64,000 bases of DNA, from the NCBI RefSeq assembly GCF_037042905.1, contig NC_087251.1, positions 46,750,001-46,814,000 on the forward strand, given 5' to 3'. The translations under genes and the position numbers were made by a program. The notes below the pieces were generated by a model. That model was not told the DNA's origin. It did no database searches and was given only the letters and a program-made list of their open reading frames with translations. The stretch comes from Lytechinus pictus (Eukaryota). The first letter of the stretch is position 1. Every line of letters starts with the position of its first letter. Positions 13,001-25,740 of this stretch are shown here, in pieces.

Positions 13001-13775
13001 CCCTCAATCTCCCGGGGTATTTTGATTCTTGTCATTCCCGGGGGGGGGGGGCCATTATGGCCCCCCCTTAAGATCTCAGCCGTGGATTGCGCGATCACAA
13101 CGAAAATTTGCATGATGGTAGAGAATGACGTAATCTACGCAGTTGCATTGGTAAATTTCACTGAATTCATATATTTTTATTTTATATGAATTAATTATGC
13201 TAATTTATTCATGAAATCATACTTTTTGCTCTGATTCACTAAATAAAACTCCTAGAATGCTATTTTTTGGTAAAGATATTCATTTTAGTATTCCTAACAA
13301 TTGTGAATGAAAAAAATTCTGGTACCAAGACCAATTTCTTATGTATTTTATTGTTTTTTAAATTTCTTATGTATTTCTTTGTTTTTTTACTTTTTGTTTT
13401 TTCTTATTTTTTCAATGGAAATCGTTCCAGACTTAATTCTGATCATAAACAAGGCAAAATGAATTAAGTTTAATCATTAGAAGTAGAAATAATGATACAT
13501 TTATGAATTTTGGCCAAATACACAATTTGCATTGGATTTGTACATAAAATCACGTTTATGAGCAATTTTGGGTCTGACATGCACTTACATAATGTTGCGT
13601 AATGTCGTAACCACGTACCTGGGCGTCACAAATTTGGTCTCAAAATTTTTGCGAGACTTGAAAGTAAAAAGTCAGTGAGCGGCGAGGTCAAAAAATTTTG
13701 CGCAGCAGATATATCGCGGAAATTGTCGAGGGGGGGGGCCATAATGCCCCCCCCCCCCCCCCGGGAGAATTAGGG
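13001..13775. mobile_element. piggyBac-like MITE
   Basis: TTAA-CCCT...CTCCCGGGG and CCCGGGAGAATTAGGG-TTAA; internal G/C-run palindromes near both ends. Confidence 0.8.
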
Positions 13776-14819
13776 TTAAGGTTAAAAAAAACATTCACCA
13801 AAAGTTGCTAAAATTTCATATTTTGCATCTTTAAATCCATGAAATGGTTATCTGTTTGCCGTATTTCCTTAGAATTGTTTTGATTTAGTTGGAAACTATA
13901 AAGAAAGCCAGTGAAAAATATTCAGCTCTTTATTGACTCTGAAAAAGATCGTTTTATGATGTTAAAAAAAAAAAGTGGAGTAGCTAAAATTTCACATTTT
14001 GCATCTTTAAATCCATGAAATGGTAATTTATTTTCCATATTTCCTTGATTTTTTTTTTTTATTACTTGGAAACTATCAAGAAAATAAAGAATATTCACCT
14101 CTCTCTTGTCTTTTCTTCATCATTTTATGATGTTACACTCGGTCAATATTTTTTTTATTGTAGTCCCGCTTGTAGACTTTCATGGTTTTTTTTTTCATGG
14201 TGTTGCAGCATTGATCGTATCGTTTGATCGTTTTACACTTGGTCAACATGAAAGTCTACATGTGGGACCACAGTAATAAAAAACATTTACCGAGTGTAAC
14301 ATCATCATAAATCAAGGTCAAGAAAGAGCTGAATATTCGTCATTTTTTCAGTAGTTTCCAACTAAATCAAAAGAATTTCAAGGTAATATGGAAAATAGAT
14401 GGTCATCATGGATTTTTGCAAAATGTGAAATTTTAGCCACTTATGGTGTGTTTTTTTTTTTGGTGAGCATCTGCAAATTGCTCATGTAGCACATGCGCAG
14501 TCATTGCACACATAAAAAGTAAGATGCGATGGCACGGTTTTTCGAACGAGGTACCTGGCGATAAATTATTGGTAATTGGCGCTGATTTTACATCAGTTTC
14601 CACTGTTTTTTTACTGGTTTGACATAATCTGAGAGATAGTTGTGATTATCCAAAAGATATTGAAATATAGAGGGTCTACTGATATTTTATTTCCAAAACA
14701 ACCACTTGCCCGATCGGGCAATTGACTTTGAGAAATGCTTGCCCGCGCGTCATTTTCACTTGCCCCGGGCAAGCGGGTTTGTCGCGCCCTGCATAATGGT
14801 ATTCTTGCAGAAGTTGCTA

Positions 14820-15420
14820 TTACTACTACTACTACTAATAATAATAATACATATGATTTATATAGCATCTTTAACAATAACATGTAATGTAAAGAAAGTG
14901 CTCAATAAAATGTTTCCAAAAGCAATGTATGCTATTACCCAAGCTTTAGCATGGTTACCCTCATCGAGTGATCAAACATTCAAGAAATTCCTTCTTACTG
15001 GGAACACGTATACTACACCTGGGTGTAGAGTGGCAAATATAGATAAATGCCTTGCCAAAGGACACAGGTGCCGTGGTTGGTATTGAATCCGACAGCTTGT
15101 TGTTTAACCCTTAACGTGCCATGAACACATATCTGTGCATCCACTGGAGTGCCCCGAACACATTTTTGTGCAATGGTCATACAGCTATTGTTATGCCTAT
15201 TGCATTTTGAGGAGTGCATCGCATGCATGAGTGATTCCATCGTTCAGTTCGGCTTATGGTCAAGAGGTTTAACATTATTGTATCATGAGTGATTCTCTTG
15301 TTTTATAAATAAAACATTTAAATATAGACTCTTTGAAAAAAAGTGGCACTCGCTGATTACAGTGAATGGCACATTAAGAGTTAAAGTCAGGAGACGTATC
15401 TACTGAGCCACAACACCTCA
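14820..15420 (-). mobile_element. tRNA-derived SINE interrupted by a TTAA MITE (15108-15380)
   Basis: (TAC)n/(TAA)n tail on the left, core TGCCTTGCCAAAGGACAC, degenerate B-box; nested TTAA-CCCTTAACGTGCCA...TGGCACATTAAGAG-TTAA. Confidence 0.6.
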
Positions 15421-15440
15421 ATGTATCATTGGCATATTAC

Positions 15441-15595
15441 CTGTTTAAGGCAAGCTTCTGCTGCTTGTTCTTCGTCTGGTAGAGGTTTTCTTCCTTTCCC
15501 GTGCTTCCATTTTATCACCCATTCACGGATAGTTAGAAGGTCACCTGAATGAGCGTCCATGCCTGCATAGACACTGCTCCCTTCTGGGTTGAAAC
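15441..15595 (-). CDS. EIF2AK4: GCN2 exon 8 (pseudokinase N-lobe)
   Basis: FNPEGSSVYAGMDAHSGDLLTIREWVIKW...CLKQ; cag/gtaata. Confidence 0.9.
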
Positions 15596-15834
15596 CTGAT
15601 ATGACAACAACAACATTACACATTTCTTATTTCAGTATTTACAAATGTGACCACTTTTAATGCTTATAACATGTAATGAATCTATAAATTGTATACGTTG
15701 CCAATTAAGTTGTTTTGCTGCAACTCATGTTTTTAATAAACCATGAAATAAATAGAATTGAAATATGTGCATGAACAACTAATCAGAAGTAAGATATCTA
15801 TAGCAGTTACTATTGGTGACAAAATCAGTATTAA

Positions 15835-16174
15835 AGAGAAATTCCAGTAGTTGCAGTAAACACTGATTTCATGAGAAAGTCTGTAAAACCAGGCTTAATT
15901 GTCAGTATATCATCGAGGATCTAGATCTGGTACAGTTACATAAACTGAACTTTGTGAAATCTTGAAATCTACGCTGAAAAATGTTCAGACTGAACTTCTC
16001 CAACACAGATAAGCGAATCCTGTGCTTATTTGCCGATTTCTCAGCAATTACACAATTTCTTCCAGAATTCTTTGGCACATGCGTTTTATTTATACAAACA
16101 GACACTTTGGTGGTCATTTCATTGGATTCTGTACGAACTCATTTTGATATCGTTACCAAAACTAGCATTTACCT
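15835..16174. mobile_element. TTAA-flanked MITE (Kolobok-like)
   Basis: TTAA-AGAGAAATTCCAGT...ACTAGCATTTACCT-TTAA. Confidence 0.65.
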
Positions 16175-16269
16175 TTAAATCTATGTTTTATGCAGCGAGG
16201 TCACAGATTTAGCTCTCTACGATGCAACTATATTTTGTATAATGTATACTATTGAGTCACAAAACTCAC

Positions 16270-16439
16270 CAAGTAATCTTCCTTTGTGGACATTCCTATC
16301 TCCTTTGGTGTGGAAGTTGATAATAGTGACATGGTCCTTCTTTCCGCCGCTCAGCTGTCTAACAAGTCTCGCCTTTCTGTGGCTGTTTTGATGTGAAGTC
16401 TCAATGAGTTGTCTGGAAGCGTTCGTCGCACTAAATGTC
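16270..16439 (-). CDS. EIF2AK4: GCN2 exon 7
   Basis: TFSATNASRQ...VTIINFHTKGDRNVHKGRLLG (VHKG..LG precedes the GCN2 pseudokinase); tag/gtgagt. Confidence 0.85.
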
Positions 16440-16663
16440 CTATGTAACACAGAGGAATAAAAAAATGTAATGAGCACATTCACATAAAGGAAATATTATG
16501 ATATTGTGGGACATTTTTTAACGAATGGGTTGTAGAACTGTATGTCCACGCCAACAAGCATAGGTTGCTTTTTTTATGTCCTGGGTCATTATTTGTTCTA
16601 CTTTGTGATTGTAAATGATTTTGATGTTGATTTTTTTAAGTTGCCAAATATATTTTTTTAAAG

Positions 16664-16928
16664 TGGGGGCAATGCGGTCTAGTGGTTATGAATCTCGTCT
16701 TTCAATGAGAGGGGTGTGGGTTCAAATCTCAGCCACAGCGCATTTCCTTCAGCAAGAAATTTATCCACATTGTGCTGCACTCCACCCAGGTGAGGTGAAT
16801 GGGTACCTTGAATGCACCAAGCGCCTTTAGCAGCTAGAGCTACAGCGGGGGTAATATATAGTGCGCCATTGAATAGGAAACTAGATAAATCGGCGCCTCA
16901 TAAATGCTATATATTATTATTATTATTA
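16664..16928 (+). mobile_element. tRNA-derived SINE
   Basis: GGTCTAGTGG A-box, GGTTCAAATC B-box, core TTCCTTCAGCAAGAAATTTATCCACA, (TAT)n tail; partial copies in both U2 flanks (about 50975-51090 and 52455-52632). Confidence 0.75.
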
Positions 16929-17247
16929 AAGTTATAAGTGCTAAACCTTCTCAATCACATTCAATTTCTATTAAATGTTCAGTGTTATGCTGTTCAACTT
17001 TCTCTACTCAAATCCACTTGGGTGATGAGATTGACTTAAACAATTAACTTCTGAATTCTGCTATCCATACAGGCTTTGAACAGGGGCCACTGGCTTCCCC
17101 TCGCATATGTGATGAAATTAATGATATGTTTGTGAACGTTTTTTTGCAACATTTTTCAAGTAATTATTTACCCAGGTGATCAGACAATGAACTAATGTTC
17201 ATACTTCCACCTTCCTTGATTTGGTTAAGACGCCTTTGTCTACCAAC

Positions 17248-17432
17248 CTTGCTCGTATCCTTGTATCCCCTCCTTTGTCCACCATATCAAATTGCCACTT
17301 TCCTTTTGATTGGGGTGAGCTGGAGTCGGAGCCATCTAGTGACCCACTATCGACTCGTTTCCTAGTCGGGGACTGACTACCCGGAGGATCAGAGTTGTGT
17401 CTTTCTCTCGATTCTTTGCTGTCATCAGAATC
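17248..17432 (-). CDS. EIF2AK4: GCN2 exon 6 (low-complexity linker)
   Basis: cag acceptor; open DSDDSKESRERHNSDPPGSQSPTRKRVDSGS...; donor AG/gttggt chosen because it gives the phase 2 that exon 7 needs, so the 3' boundary is less certain. Confidence 0.7.
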
Positions 17433-17459
17433 CTGGATTTGTAAGCAGAAGTAAAAAAA

Positions 17460-18180
17460 ATAGCATACTTGAGATTATTAGGCAGCTCTATAAGCTCATG
17501 AATACGCACAAATCTGTTGGATGCTTTCTGATTCAACTGTTGCATTCGTTTCATCAATTTCTGGGATGAGCTCCCCGAGTCCTTGCGCACGGGGGTGGTC
17601 GAGACTTCCTTATCGAGATGGCTTGTAGCACTTGGGCGTTACCTCCACCAGCGCCCGATTTAAACGAGTTGTTAAGTGTTTATTCCCTTAGCAATTGTTT
17701 AGTGTTTAATTCCCTAGAAGTTAAGTCTTATTTTAAGTATTATTGTACCATTTTGGGTGCGTTCACATCAATTCCTTTGCCTGTGTCACTTTTTCTTTTC
17801 CTTTCCCACCCCTCTCTCTCTCTCTCTCTCCCACTCTCTCCTTTCCTTTCTTTTTGTCACCTTCATTCAGCTTTCTTCTCTTTCCCCGTCATTTCTACTC
17901 ATTTTCAGTTACAAGTAACTAAATTTATTTATATATTTTATTAATCGCATGCTACACCCCTTTATAATTATGAGTATTTTATTATTGTTTAGTTATTAAT
18001 ATATATTGTAAATCAACCATTGGAATTGGGACAGGAGGCTTCATGCCACAGTAATTAAGTTAACTTTTTCTGTCCCTGGCGTTCCACTGGTTGATATTTC
18101 TTATTGTGTATTGTATACATTGAAATGTATTTTTGGATATTATTTGCCGAATAAATAATAATAATAATAATAATAATAAA
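17460..18180 (+). mobile_element. 3' fragment of a CR1/L2-type LINE
   Basis: RFINFWDELPESLR resembles the C-terminal R.I..WN.LP motif, followed by a stop, a 3'UTR and an (AAT)n tail. Confidence 0.6.
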
Positions 18181-18271
18181 AATCAAACCTATGATCAATT
18201 ACTAATCTTTGTCAACTACCTTATCATAAACACAGTTTATAAAGTATAAATTATTCATGCACATGCTTTAA

Positions 18272-18649
18272 AGGTATTGTTTAACTTTGTGAGCAGCCGA
18301 TTTAAAAAATTCTCAAATCAAGATGAAACATGTGTACAAGTGCATGTATTAGAACTAATAAACCCTGAAAACTACCATTATTGAGAATGAAAAGCTAAAA
18401 CTACAAGGCAAACCCCGATTTTGTAAATAGGCGTCTTATAGACACCTAAATAGTACACATAAGTGTATGGGATGAAATTAAGATGGTGTTTTCGGTCACT
18501 TTATATTTCAATATTTGAAGCACTAAATAATTATTTTCGAACGCAATTTTTTCTGGGCTTCATTTTTGTAACATATCACAGACACAGGTGACAAGTGTGA
18601 CCTTCTAGCTCAGATTTTTTTAAAGTCAAACCAATGTTAACCAATCACT
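18272..18649. mobile_element. TTAA-flanked MITE (Kolobok-like)
   Basis: TTAA-AGGTATTGTTTAACTTTG ... CAATGTTAACCAATCACT-TTAA. Confidence 0.65.
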
Positions 18650-19266
18650 TTAAGAGAAAACAAACACTGTTTTTATCAGGATCTCTGTGGGTGAGAGACA
18701 TATCCTTTCTGTATTGACGTATATATCATCATTAAACGCTATTTTTGTGAGTCAAAGAGAATAGGGCCTATTCCTCAACTTGGCTTTAAAACCATGGTTT
18801 CAGGGCTGATCAAACTTTCTTTGTAATTTAGACCTAAAGGCTCAATGAAAGCAATTTACATGGATAGCACTTGATAAAGAAAAAACATATTTTTTCAAAG
18901 GGCCACTCAACTGGAAAATCATGTGGAAAAACAGGATTTTTATTCAAGCTAGCAAACATCAGATCTGCTGGGACATGGATTGTTCGGAATTTTGACAACT
19001 CAAAGTAAACGACGATCCAGAGTTCGGTCAAATTTATGCTGTCCAATCTTACATCGCATTGGCCTAATACATGCATGACAGACAGATTATACTGTGCAAG
19101 TAAATAAGCCTTATATAAAATCCTGGATTCTATTTCTCCATGATTTGTCACTTGAGGGCCCTTAAACTCCCTCTCCAAATACAGTGCAATCTTATGCTGC
19201 AAAAAATTATGTGATGATTCAATTTTAGAGAGAATCCTGTTAATTGCATGTTGTTGATAATTTTAC

Positions 19267-19347
19267 CTGTTTTGTAAGGTCTTTCCTCTTCTTCAGCTCT
19301 TTCATTGCATCTTGCCTTCTCTGGATCTCTATGTCTATTTCCAATCT
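19267..19347 (-). CDS. EIF2AK4: GCN2 exon 5 (charged coiled coil)
   Basis: RLEIDIEIQRRQDAMKELKKRKDLTKQ; tag/gtaaaa; phase 0-0. Confidence 0.88.
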
Positions 19348-19704
19348 CTACATTTCAAAAGGAAAGAATGTTTCAAGAAAAGAGTTTTGCACTTCATGTA
19401 AAATTTCATGAACACTATATATGATACTTGATTGAACTTCTCATATCTTTGTAATATTTTACAAGCAATTAAAATGATGATTAAAAAAAATTGAAAATTA
19501 AACAAAGTGAAATGAAAAACTCATATTTTCTCAATTATATACAATGACAAATACAACTGGGCAGACATCTGCACCTACAGTTCTACAACCATACTAATTA
19601 TATATTCACTGTCGATGACTGTATGGTATAAAGGAGTGGCATTCAACCCATTAGTTAGAAAAACATAATTATACTCATTATTGACGTCAATAACCTATCT
19701 AACA

Positions 19705-19768
19705 TTCATCATCATCGTTGACATCATCATTGTCAACATCACTGTCATCAATACCATCCTCTTCCTCC

Positions 19769-19800
<32 letters not shown>

Positions 19801-19985
19801 ATCACCACTACCACCACCACCACCACCACCATCATCATCACCATCATCATCACCATAATCATCGTCATTACCATCATCATCAACAATATCACCATCATTA
19901 TCATCATCCTATTAAATCATCATCATTCATTATGTGATGATTATATTAATTATGATCATCATCATTATGCTGATTATATCATCAA
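19705..19985 (+). repeat. (CAT/CAC)n microsatellite
   Basis: Degenerate trinucleotide run. Confidence 0.95.
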
Positions 19986-20107
19986 AGATGATGCATAAAA
20001 ATATTTTCTAAGGAGATGCCTCCAATAGATGAAATGGTAAAAGATATGAAGGTGACAAGAGAAGTGAATAGCAGTAGTTCTAGAATTCATAGAATAGAAT
20101 AACCCAC

Positions 20108-20281
20108 CTCTCGCTCTTCTCTTTTCTTTCTGAGCTCCTGTTGTTTCTGTTTGTCTCTTTCCACCTTCTCCTCTGCTCTCTTCTGATTGCTCATCATCTC
20201 TTCATAGAAAGACTTTGGGCCAGGCACGTTATGACTGTGCAAGAACTGCTGGACGTGCTGTGCTAGCTCTAATATCATTAC
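20108..20281 (-). CDS. EIF2AK4: GCN2 exon 4 (RWD end, charged helix)
   Basis: VMILELAQHVQQFLHSHNVPGPKSFYEEMMSNQ...EERE resembles GCN2 VMIFELA..VQ.FL..HN.P.PKSFHEEM; aag/gtgggt. Confidence 0.93.
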
Positions 20282-20915
20282 CTTCAGGGGAGGTGAGACA
20301 TGTAAAAGGAAGAAGTTAATAGTGTAAAGTAAGTAAAAACAAGTATGACTTGACTCCCTTTTACGTCTGTAAAGACCTCTCTCTCTCTTTCTCTTTCCTT
20401 TGTCTACCCCTCTCCCATCCATTCCCTCCCTCTTTCAGTTTCTACCCCACCCTCTCTTCTTTACCTCTCCCCTCCATTCCCTTTCTCTCATTCCATCCCC
20501 CATTTTTGTCAAATTAAATGGAAAGCAACTTACTGATTTTGCATGTTGCAAGGGACCAACTGAAAAACGACATTTTACAATTGATCAAAAATTACATTAT
20601 TTAGCCTCATTCAAATAGTAACTAAATTCCCCCAAAGGAAAGTATCTCTGATCAGGAGCAGCTCCCACTAGGTTATGAAATGCAATTTGTTTGTGAAAAA
20701 ATAACATTCCTGTCCAAATTATTGTGTATACTCCCAATTCATCCGACCGTCTTTTATGTCCACGAAAATAGATTACTTTGGTGACATAAAGGTAAAGAGC
20801 TTCCTTTGATGTTCTTTGAAATATATTTTTTTTAATTCTTACATTTATTATTTTTTTGTTCAATTACCAGCAGAATTTTACATTAAATTCCTAAAAGAAA
20901 CAAAATTTTACTTAC

Positions 20916-21018
20916 TTCACCACGCAGTTTCTTTGCCTTGCTATCCACCTCCTTTTTTACTTGCTTCAATTTTTCTTTTGATATTCCCCTGCCATTTTCT
21001 ATTGTAACTGTTGGTAAT
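20916..21018 (-). CDS. EIF2AK4: GCN2 exon 3 (RWD domain)
   Basis: tag/gtaagt; LPTVTIENGRGISKEKLKQVKKEVDSKAKKLRGE; phase 2 to 0. Confidence 0.92.
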
Positions 21019-21462
21019 CTATCAAACAAAACAAAGGAAATCAAAACAAATACTCTTGAAGAGTATACGGGACCCAAAATTTTAAATTTGAATATTAAAC
21101 CAACAGTAAATCTGGGCCATTGCTTGATATCTGTAACAATTTCTATATCAATTATTGATTCTTAAACAGGCCAATTTTAATTTCTCTAAATATCTTTAAT
21201 TGCCAGTTAGGCTATATCCATCTCATTTCATATACATGTACACTTGGTCTAACATCACTGGTCTATAGATAAACTGTTTCAAAATAAATTTTTCATATGA
21301 TAAAGTTTCAATGATGAGTAGATGAAATGAAAATTAATTCATCTGGACATTGACTCAATGAAAATTAGACTAAGTAGGTATCATACCAAATTTATATCAA
21401 GCCAAATTGGTTTAGCCATATGATTTTAGACTATCTAAGAAGTAGACCAACTGCTTGTAGAC

Positions 21463-21715
21463 AGGGTTCTGGGAACAATTTTTTGACTGGGGGTGCTGAT
21501 GTCAATTTGACAAGCAAAAAAAAAAAAAAAATGTTTCACTCAGAAATGAAGGTCATTTTTGTCCCGAGAAATTTGACATGAAAAAAAAGGGGGTTTCTTT
21601 AACAAATGTAGGTCATTTTGGTTACAATCATCCATTTCATTACACCATCAAGAATTCATGGGGTTGCTGCCTAAGGAAAATAATACACGCAGCACCCCCG
21701 CTTCCCAGGGCCATG
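21463..21715. mobile_element. hAT-like MITE
   Basis: CAGGGTTCTGGGAA...TTCCCAGGGCCATG; near-TSD CTTGTAGA/CGTGTAGA; related GCAGCACCCCC ends at ~56205, 58250-58336 and 58668-58783. Confidence 0.6.
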
Positions 21716-21752
21716 CGTGTAGACCAAGTGTAAAATAAGTGTAATCACTTAC

Positions 21753-21865
21753 TGGTCTGGGTATTTAGGAGGGCAGATGATAGTCATATCAGCCATGACA
21801 TGGACATCCCCGCTACCGCTCATACCCTGCTGAGGCATCAAATGAAGGTGAACCTCAAGACCTTG
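21753..21865 (-). CDS. EIF2AK4: GCN2 exon 2 (RWD domain)
   Basis: cag/gtaagt boundaries; QGLEVHLHLMPQQGMSGSGDVHVMADMTIICPPKYPD carries the start of the RWD YPxxxP motif; 113 nt. Confidence 0.92.
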
Positions 21866-22794
21866 CTGTAAAAATAAATAAAAAATGTTCACAAAAATAT
21901 CCTTAATTTCATCAAGCACGCAAGGGGAAATAGTCTGTTTACTCTGTTAAACAGAAAAAAATGTAAAGACTTTACACAGACTATATCTTATTTCTTTACT
22001 ATTTGAAATGCATAGCCTGTATTGGAATACAAATTAAAAGAAGTTATCAGAAATACTAGTAGAGGTAGATCTAAATATTCTTGGTACTAATCATTGAATA
22101 TACATAATAAAACCCCTGACCTTGCTTGATAATGAACCACCATGATGGATGAAGTGACATTGAAAAGAGAGATTTAAGCATTACCAATGCAATGTTGCTG
22201 TAATAAAGAACTGAATAATATTTCAATGAAAATTCTTCAATTTTATAGTCACGTTTGCATTTTGAAGGCACAAAAACTTCACATCACATCACATCAGGTA
22301 CGGAAATGAAGGACTTCTCCTGTGTGTTCACTAGGACTAGAGTAGGAAATTGTCTCACACTTTCACTTTGCTGATTGCTCTCTATCACTCATATTCATTG
22401 CAATTTAAAGAAGAAAACAAAAACACATACGTCTACCAGTGAGTCACAAAGACAAAGTCTCAGTCAAACTTCAAAGATAAACTAAATAAAAATAAAGAAA
22501 ACTTAATTTTTAATCGAATGAAAAATTGATTTAAAATAAATGACAGCAGAGACAGAGTCAGTGGAAGAATAATGTGTTGTTCATACAAGCAGATCTACTA
22601 CTAGCTATTAACATATTTATTCCGCCCCGTGAAAGTGATGTATTAACATGGAAAACAACAAGAACCAATATTTTACTTTTTTAACCACCCGCCACCGCAT
22701 TATTGGAATACTGACAGGAACGTGATTAATAATAAAACGCGAAAAGGCTGGAATGGGACTGACACTAGTGACAGCAGTCAAGCAACATACATAC

Positions 22795-22905
22795 CGAGGG
22801 GTCTCGAGTTTTATCCTGAAAGTCATCCATAAATATAGCTTTCAAAACTTCTACTTCATTTTCTTGCCTTTCTCTAAAGTCAATTGGATCACTCTCATCC
22901 GCCAT
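22795..22905 (-). CDS. EIF2AK4: GCN2 / eIF2-alpha kinase 4, coding exon 1 (start of RWD domain)
   Basis: ATG at 22905; MADESDPIDFRERQENEVEVLKAIFMDDFQDKTRDPS matches the RWD N-terminal RQENE..L.AI motif; donor gtatgt; phase 0. Confidence 0.9.
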
Positions 22906-23852
22906 TGTAACTCTAAATTAAAGATATTGTTAATGTTAAACATGAAAAAGTCAAAAATCCGAATTGCATCAGCAACAATCATCGAGAATGGGACAAAACA
23001 TAAAAGAAAAAACTGTTACCCTTGTCCCAGCAAATACGGTGGATGGACAGCGACAGCGTTCACCCTGAAGTTATGTATCCAATCTGTTGTTTCTTTAATT
23101 AATCAACAAAAAAATAAAGAAAAGAGTATCAGTAAAGATTTGAAGAAAAAATTTTAGAGATTTTTTTTCGTTTTGATTTCGTGATGTACAAAATCACTCT
23201 GCTCGTTTTCAAACGATATTATTTGATTAAAATAGGCCTCTATTTTTCCCCCTCGATCAAACAAGCATCATCTTTGAAAACTAGCAATATTACATGTTAA
23301 AATGTTTTCGTGAAAGATTAACGAATATTCAAGTATTGTTAATTCTTTTTTTATGTTTTTTTATTTTGCCTGATATTATATATATATATATAATATATAC
23401 ACATCATACTAAAGTCATATCGACCACCACTGATTTAGGACCTGGCATGTATCTCTAAGGGACCTGAATTTTGAATTTATCATAATAACACTGATTTCCA
23501 TTCGTTCTTTTTGTTTCTGATAATGAAATTTTAACTAAATGATTTTTTTCAATAGTAATGACTCTCCCCCCCCCCCCCATAACCCCCCCCCCCTTTGGTC
23601 TATATTTTATATACACCCCAACGAAATGGATCTGTCGTAAACAAGGATGGTTAAAGTTGAGGGACATAACGACCGTTCAAGATGGTTTTATCATTATATC
23701 AACTGAATCGCCATTTCCAAAGGAGATAAATTGATATACAATTTGCATTCTCACTAAACAAAATTAAGTTAGGCCCAATGTTGAACATATATATTTATGT
23801 TCTCTTATCACCCTCCCAGATCCTGTCTCTCTGTCGGTTACTTTTTTATCAA

Positions 23853-24453
23853 AGGGATGATCTGGGCTGAAAATATTTGTATCTAAATAAACAGAATAAA
23901 ATTCACAGAGCAAAATGCTGACAATTTTTAAAATCGGATAACAAATAGCGAAGTTATTGAATTGTAAAGTTTATCGATATTTTGTGAAAACAATTATGCA
24001 CATCGTCATGAATATTCATTAGGTGGGCTGATGATGTCACGTCCCCACTTTCCTTTTTCTTATGTTATTACATGAAATCATAAATGTTTCATTTTTTCAT
24101 ACATGTGTAAATGCTGTGTCTCCATTATGATGAAATAAGTTGCGGCAGTAAATAACTAATGCACTTAATTAGTTGTCAATCCAATTGTTTTAGTTCTTGG
24201 TAGAAGATTTTTGAATAAACCTTATTTCTTATAATGAAATACAAAAGAACAAGTAGGGATATGACATCATCAACCCACCTAATGAATTTTCATAAAGACA
24301 TGCCTAGAACAATTCACCGGAATAATGCAAATCCCTAAAATTCAATAACTTCGTTATTTGTTATCCGATCGATCTTGATCAAATTTTCAGCATTTTGCTT
24401 TGTAAATTTTATTCTATTTATTGAGATACAAATGTCTCCAGCCTGGACCATCC
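23853..24453 (+). mobile_element. ~600-bp TTAA-type MITE family copy
   Basis: AGGGATGATCTGGGCTG...CAGCCTGGACCATCCT; the same family occurs at ~53963-54568 and inverted at ~57170-57980. Confidence 0.75.
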
Positions 24454-24595
24454 TTTTGAAAAAAGATCAGATTCCGCCATCACTGTTGTGGCATGCAGCA
24501 CTGCAGATCGTCATTATTGGCGGGTATTTATATCTATATACAAAAAGCGGCCGGGGGGATTCGCTCTAATCATGAAGATATAACAAATTTGCCCA

Positions 24596-25020
24596 CACTG
24601 TTAAAAATAGTGAGTCCCAGTAATAATCACTGTTTTTGCAGCTGGGACTCACAAACAGTATGAACTGTTAAATTACGATGAGCTGTAAAAATGCAAAAAT
24701 ACTGGATAATTGTTTTAAAAAACAAAAACACAATTTTAGCATTCATTTAACATGAAATTGCCGTTAATTTACAAACACTAACACTATCTATATGATAGAT
24801 GCACTGTAATCAACGTAACACACGATAGTTCGTCTGTATTTTTTTACAAAGATGATTACATTTTACTTTGTTTTACATTTAGCTTGAAATTCTACGTTAC
24901 ATATCATTACATAAATACGTTTGGTTTGTTAAATCATTGTGTCATCTGTTTTAAAAAGTTAACATCCTGTAAATTTACGATTTAATTGTCTTTGTAAAAT
25001 TACTAGTATTTTTAACAGTG
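24596..25020. mobile_element. MITE with CACTG termini (EnSpm/CACTA-like)
   Basis: CACTGTTAAAAATA...TATTTTTAACAGTG; 2-bp CA flanks. Confidence 0.7.
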
Positions 25021-25550
25021 CATTAATAATTAATGGAAATGAATAGAGAGAAAGTAAGCGTGAGAGGAAGAGAGAGGGGGTGACGTGTTACTATAAATAT
25101 TGATGGAGTGAAAAAGTTAAATCAAACAAACTTGGGTTTTCATATATTTCTCTGATATCCTGCGTAATGATGAATTATTAAACAATCAACCTTGTACTAC
25201 TGTGTATCAGACATGCTCTGTGTGGTGTTTCGCATACGCACATCAGATAACAGCAGATCGAATTATCCAATCAACGTAAAGACTAAACTAAGCCGACGTC
25301 CTTGACGTCTGATGTTAATCGATATCTTTCAGGAAGAATTCTCACAATATGAATATGATAGTGCCCCATCGTGACAAACGTTTATGCTCCTATTGTGAAG
25401 TACAAAATAAAGTAGATCGTGGGTATACGGTGGTATTGTGAATACTTTAATATACCCCGCCCATCCCCCTCGCTCGCTCACTCACTCCATATTCTTTTCT
25501 TTATATCCTTGCCCTTCCTTCATCCTCATTTTTTTCACATTTTCCTTTCT

Positions 25551-25740
25551 TCTATCTATCTTTCTATCTATCTATCCATCCATCCATCCATCCATCTATA
25601 TATCTATCTATCTATCTATCTATCTATCCATCCATCCATCCATCTACCTATCTCTATCTATCTATCTATCTATATGTCTATCTATCTATCTATCTATCTA
25701 TTTATCTATCTATCTACCAATCTATCTATCTATTTATCTT
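25551..25740 (+). repeat. (TCTA)n/(TCCA)n microsatellite
   Basis: Tetranucleotide run. Confidence 0.95.

Noticed and set aside
12776..14790. One large hAT-like element enclosing the piggyBac-like MITE and the inverted repeats at 13800-14440
   Set aside because: CAGG...CCTG ends and TTGCCC repeats are suggestive, but no convincing 8-bp TSD was found, so boundaries are unsupported
22906..23080. Non-coding GCN2 first exon spliced to an acceptor 7 nt before the ATG
   Set aside because: Donor-like (near 23020) and acceptor-like sequences exist but cannot be distinguished from an unspliced 5'UTR without cDNA
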